Assembly: GCA_937974645.1 (NCBI GenBank)
Contig: CALJVH010000019.1
Coordinates: 15,069 to 39,068, forward strand
Length of the DNA stretch: 24,000 bases
DNA from: an uncultured archaeon
GTDB lineage: Archaea > Thermoproteota > Nitrososphaeria_A > Caldarchaeales > Wolframiiraptoraceae
Reading direction: 5' to 3'
Below, piece by piece: positions 23,781 to 24,000 of the stretch. The notes below the pieces were generated by a model. The model worked only from the letters and a program-made list of their open reading frames with translations. It made no database searches and was not told where the DNA came from. Position numbers and translations under genes: made by a program. Position 1 is the first letter of the stretch, and each line of letters starts with the position of its first letter.

Positions 23781-24000
23781 TTAGGATGTTTCTCTCCTCG
23801 CCCCCTCGTCGGGAGATGAGACCCAAGTGGATGTATAGCCCTTCTCGGCACATGCTCTCTTGATCTCCTCGCCGGACTCCACGCTCCCGGCTAGCGCGAT
23901 GATGGCACCGCCCATCCCCGCCCCGGATATCTTGGCACCGAGGGCGCCAGCCTCCAAGAGGACACTCCTGAGATCCTCCAGCCTCGGCGTGCTGACATCA
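23781..24000 (-). CDS. galK: GHMP-family sugar kinase C-terminus, probably galactokinase; 5' part lies beyond the window end
   Basis: Hand translation of the minus strand: DVSTPRLEDLRSVLLEAGALGAKISGAGMGGAIIALAGSVESGEEIKRACAEKGYTSTWVSSPDEGARRETS*. It contains GHMP motif III (GAKISGAGMGGAIIAL). The galactokinase call is inferred from the gal context. Confidence 0.55.
   Translation of the reverse strand, partial: DVSTPRLEDLRSVLLEAGALGAKISGAGMGGAIIALAGSVESGEEIKRACAEKGYTSTWVSSPDEGARRETS

Noticed and set aside
1-24000. Scan for tRNA T-loop signatures (GGTTCGAATCC-like), rRNA, CRISPR-like spaced repeats, inverted terminal repeats, integrase/transposase or defence-type genes
   Set aside because: None seen by eye on either strand. 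Every gap longer than 100 bp is accounted for by divergent promoters or the items listed under findings. A tRNAscan/Infernal/MinCED run would be the decisive check.

Overview
Archaeal chromosomal core region. Evidence for an archaeon: thermosome, histone, A-type ATPase, aIF6, ArcTGT, deoxyhypusine synthase and archaeal-type adenylate kinase. Codon usage is rich in AGG/AGA/ATA, TATA-like boxes sit about 25-35 nt upstream of many start codons, and GTG/TTG starts are frequent. This suggests a thermophile, possibly of the TACK/Korarchaeota type, but lineage cannot be resolved without a search. About 28 protein genes are tightly packed in nine alternating strand blocks. In order: ATPase operon fragment (F, H-like, E, 5' part of A), a class I methyltransferase, a Tat-signal SagB-type nitroreductase, TrmI, a small membrane protein, adenylate kinase, a Zn-ribbon/coiled-coil protein, histone, thermosome, a TrmB-like regulator, a UPF0182 giant membrane protein, a membrane-anchored minimal alpha-crystallin protein, deoxyhypusine synthase, an XRE-HTH regulator, DUF424, aIF6, PAC2, adenine deaminase, ArcTGT, a beta-CASP RNase, a TtuA-type tRNA thiolase, and galT-galE-galK (partial). 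I saw no rRNA, tRNA, CRISPR array, transposase/integrase or recognisable defence or toxin genes. The window is mostly housekeeping and I do not see a convincing novel multi-gene system. The best candidates for follow-up are: (1) the thermosome-adjacent TrmB / UPF0182 / membrane-tethered ACD trio; (2) the Zn-ribbon protein with a triplicated GE[ILT][SP] helix motif; (3) a perfect 15-bp tandem repeat in a divergent promoter; (4) a possible box C/D sRNA; (5) an unannotated 29-codon ORF that has its own promoter and SD. All family assignments come from motif recognition by eye; no searches were run.
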